Source: Octopus sinensis
Lineage: Eukaryota
DNA length: 64,000 bases
Assembly (NCBI RefSeq): GCF_006345805.1
Contig: NC_043010.1
Location: 66,898,001 to 66,962,000, forward strand
Reading direction: 5' to 3'
The notes under the pieces were generated by a model that ran no database searches, was not told the DNA's origin, and worked only from the letters and a program-made list of their open reading frames with translations. Positions 63,339-64,000 of the stretch are shown here, piece after piece; the stretch's first letter is position 1; the number at the start of each line of letters is the position of its first letter. The translations under genes were made by a program, and so were the position numbers.

Positions 63339-64000
63339 TTGTCGACTTTCTTGTCTGTCTCGCTGTATATCTATCGATGTGTCTATCTAATTAGTTGGTT
63401 GCCGACCTAAATATCACAGCATATTGCACATATAGGTCTTTACGGGCCAGTAGCAAAAAGCTAAGGCAGTTGAGCAACAAAATAAATTCTTTGCAGCAGT
63501 TACTTATTTTTCCCCTTCGTAGTTTTACGTTCAGTTTGAACACACATCGCTTCAAGCTTCCATTCAGTTGATAAATATATTTCTGTTTGTGTTTATTCGA
63601 AAAAAAAAAAAAAATCCCGATTTATATTATCTTTATCTTGGAGATAAATTTGTACCAATTTGAATGCACCAAATAAAAGACAGGAAGAAAAATAATTTAT
63701 TTGATATGTCATTTATTTTATTGTCATAGTTTATACAAGTTGGGAAACTTCTTCGAGTTGTTGTGCACAGATTATTTGCTGTTCTGTTATCCATTCTGTA
63801 GGTGGCTAAACTCAGTTCTGTGACTGCTGGAAGAACGGATGGAAGAAGGAGAGGAAAAGAGTAAAAGAAATTAGCTTTCTCTGCTGACAAGTAGAGAGCA
63901 TGAAAGTCGTATAGTTCCACGTGTGAGCCATGCGCGAAAGAGACGAAAAAAGGAAGAAAAAAGAACCCCCCCCCCCAGAAAAGTGGAATTAGATTCAGTT

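Noticed and set aside
63633-63920. Minus-strand 95-aa ORF / possible exon upstream of the PDZ gene
   Set aside because: No recognisable domain and no donor before the stop; part of it resembles a repeat also seen near 62540-62590.

Overview
Repeat-dense eukaryotic genomic DNA. The SINE, LINE and microsatellite landscape looks like an octopus or other coleoid cephalopod (inferred, not verified). Two host genes lie tail-to-tail. On + is a galactose-3-O-sulfotransferase-family gene (exons 24863-25025 and 26769-27986) with an unusual ~80-aa insertion. On - is a whirlin/PDZD7-like scaffold gene, largely missed by the ORF track. I rebuilt it by hand as 10 phase-consistent GT-AG exons from 62241 to 35294 (about 422 aa; harmonin-homology-like domain plus a C-terminal PDZ). 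The rest is mobile DNA: Penelope-like elements (PLEs), including a head-to-head palindromic dimer at 1-3004; six same-orientation Tx1/L1-clade LINE copies whose 3' ends all abut (TATC)n; R4/Dong, CR1 and RTE fragments; mariner, Tc1, pogo and hAT remnants; and several tRNA-derived SINE families, one forming multimers. The most interesting signal is a set of minimal hammerhead-ribozyme motifs. Two of them, at the 3' ends of two different PLE families, carry a compensatory U3-A8 core instead of C3-G8. Another belongs to a repeat family that appears to join a tRNA-like Pol III head to a hammerhead-bearing tail. All calls were made by eye and TE boundaries are approximate.
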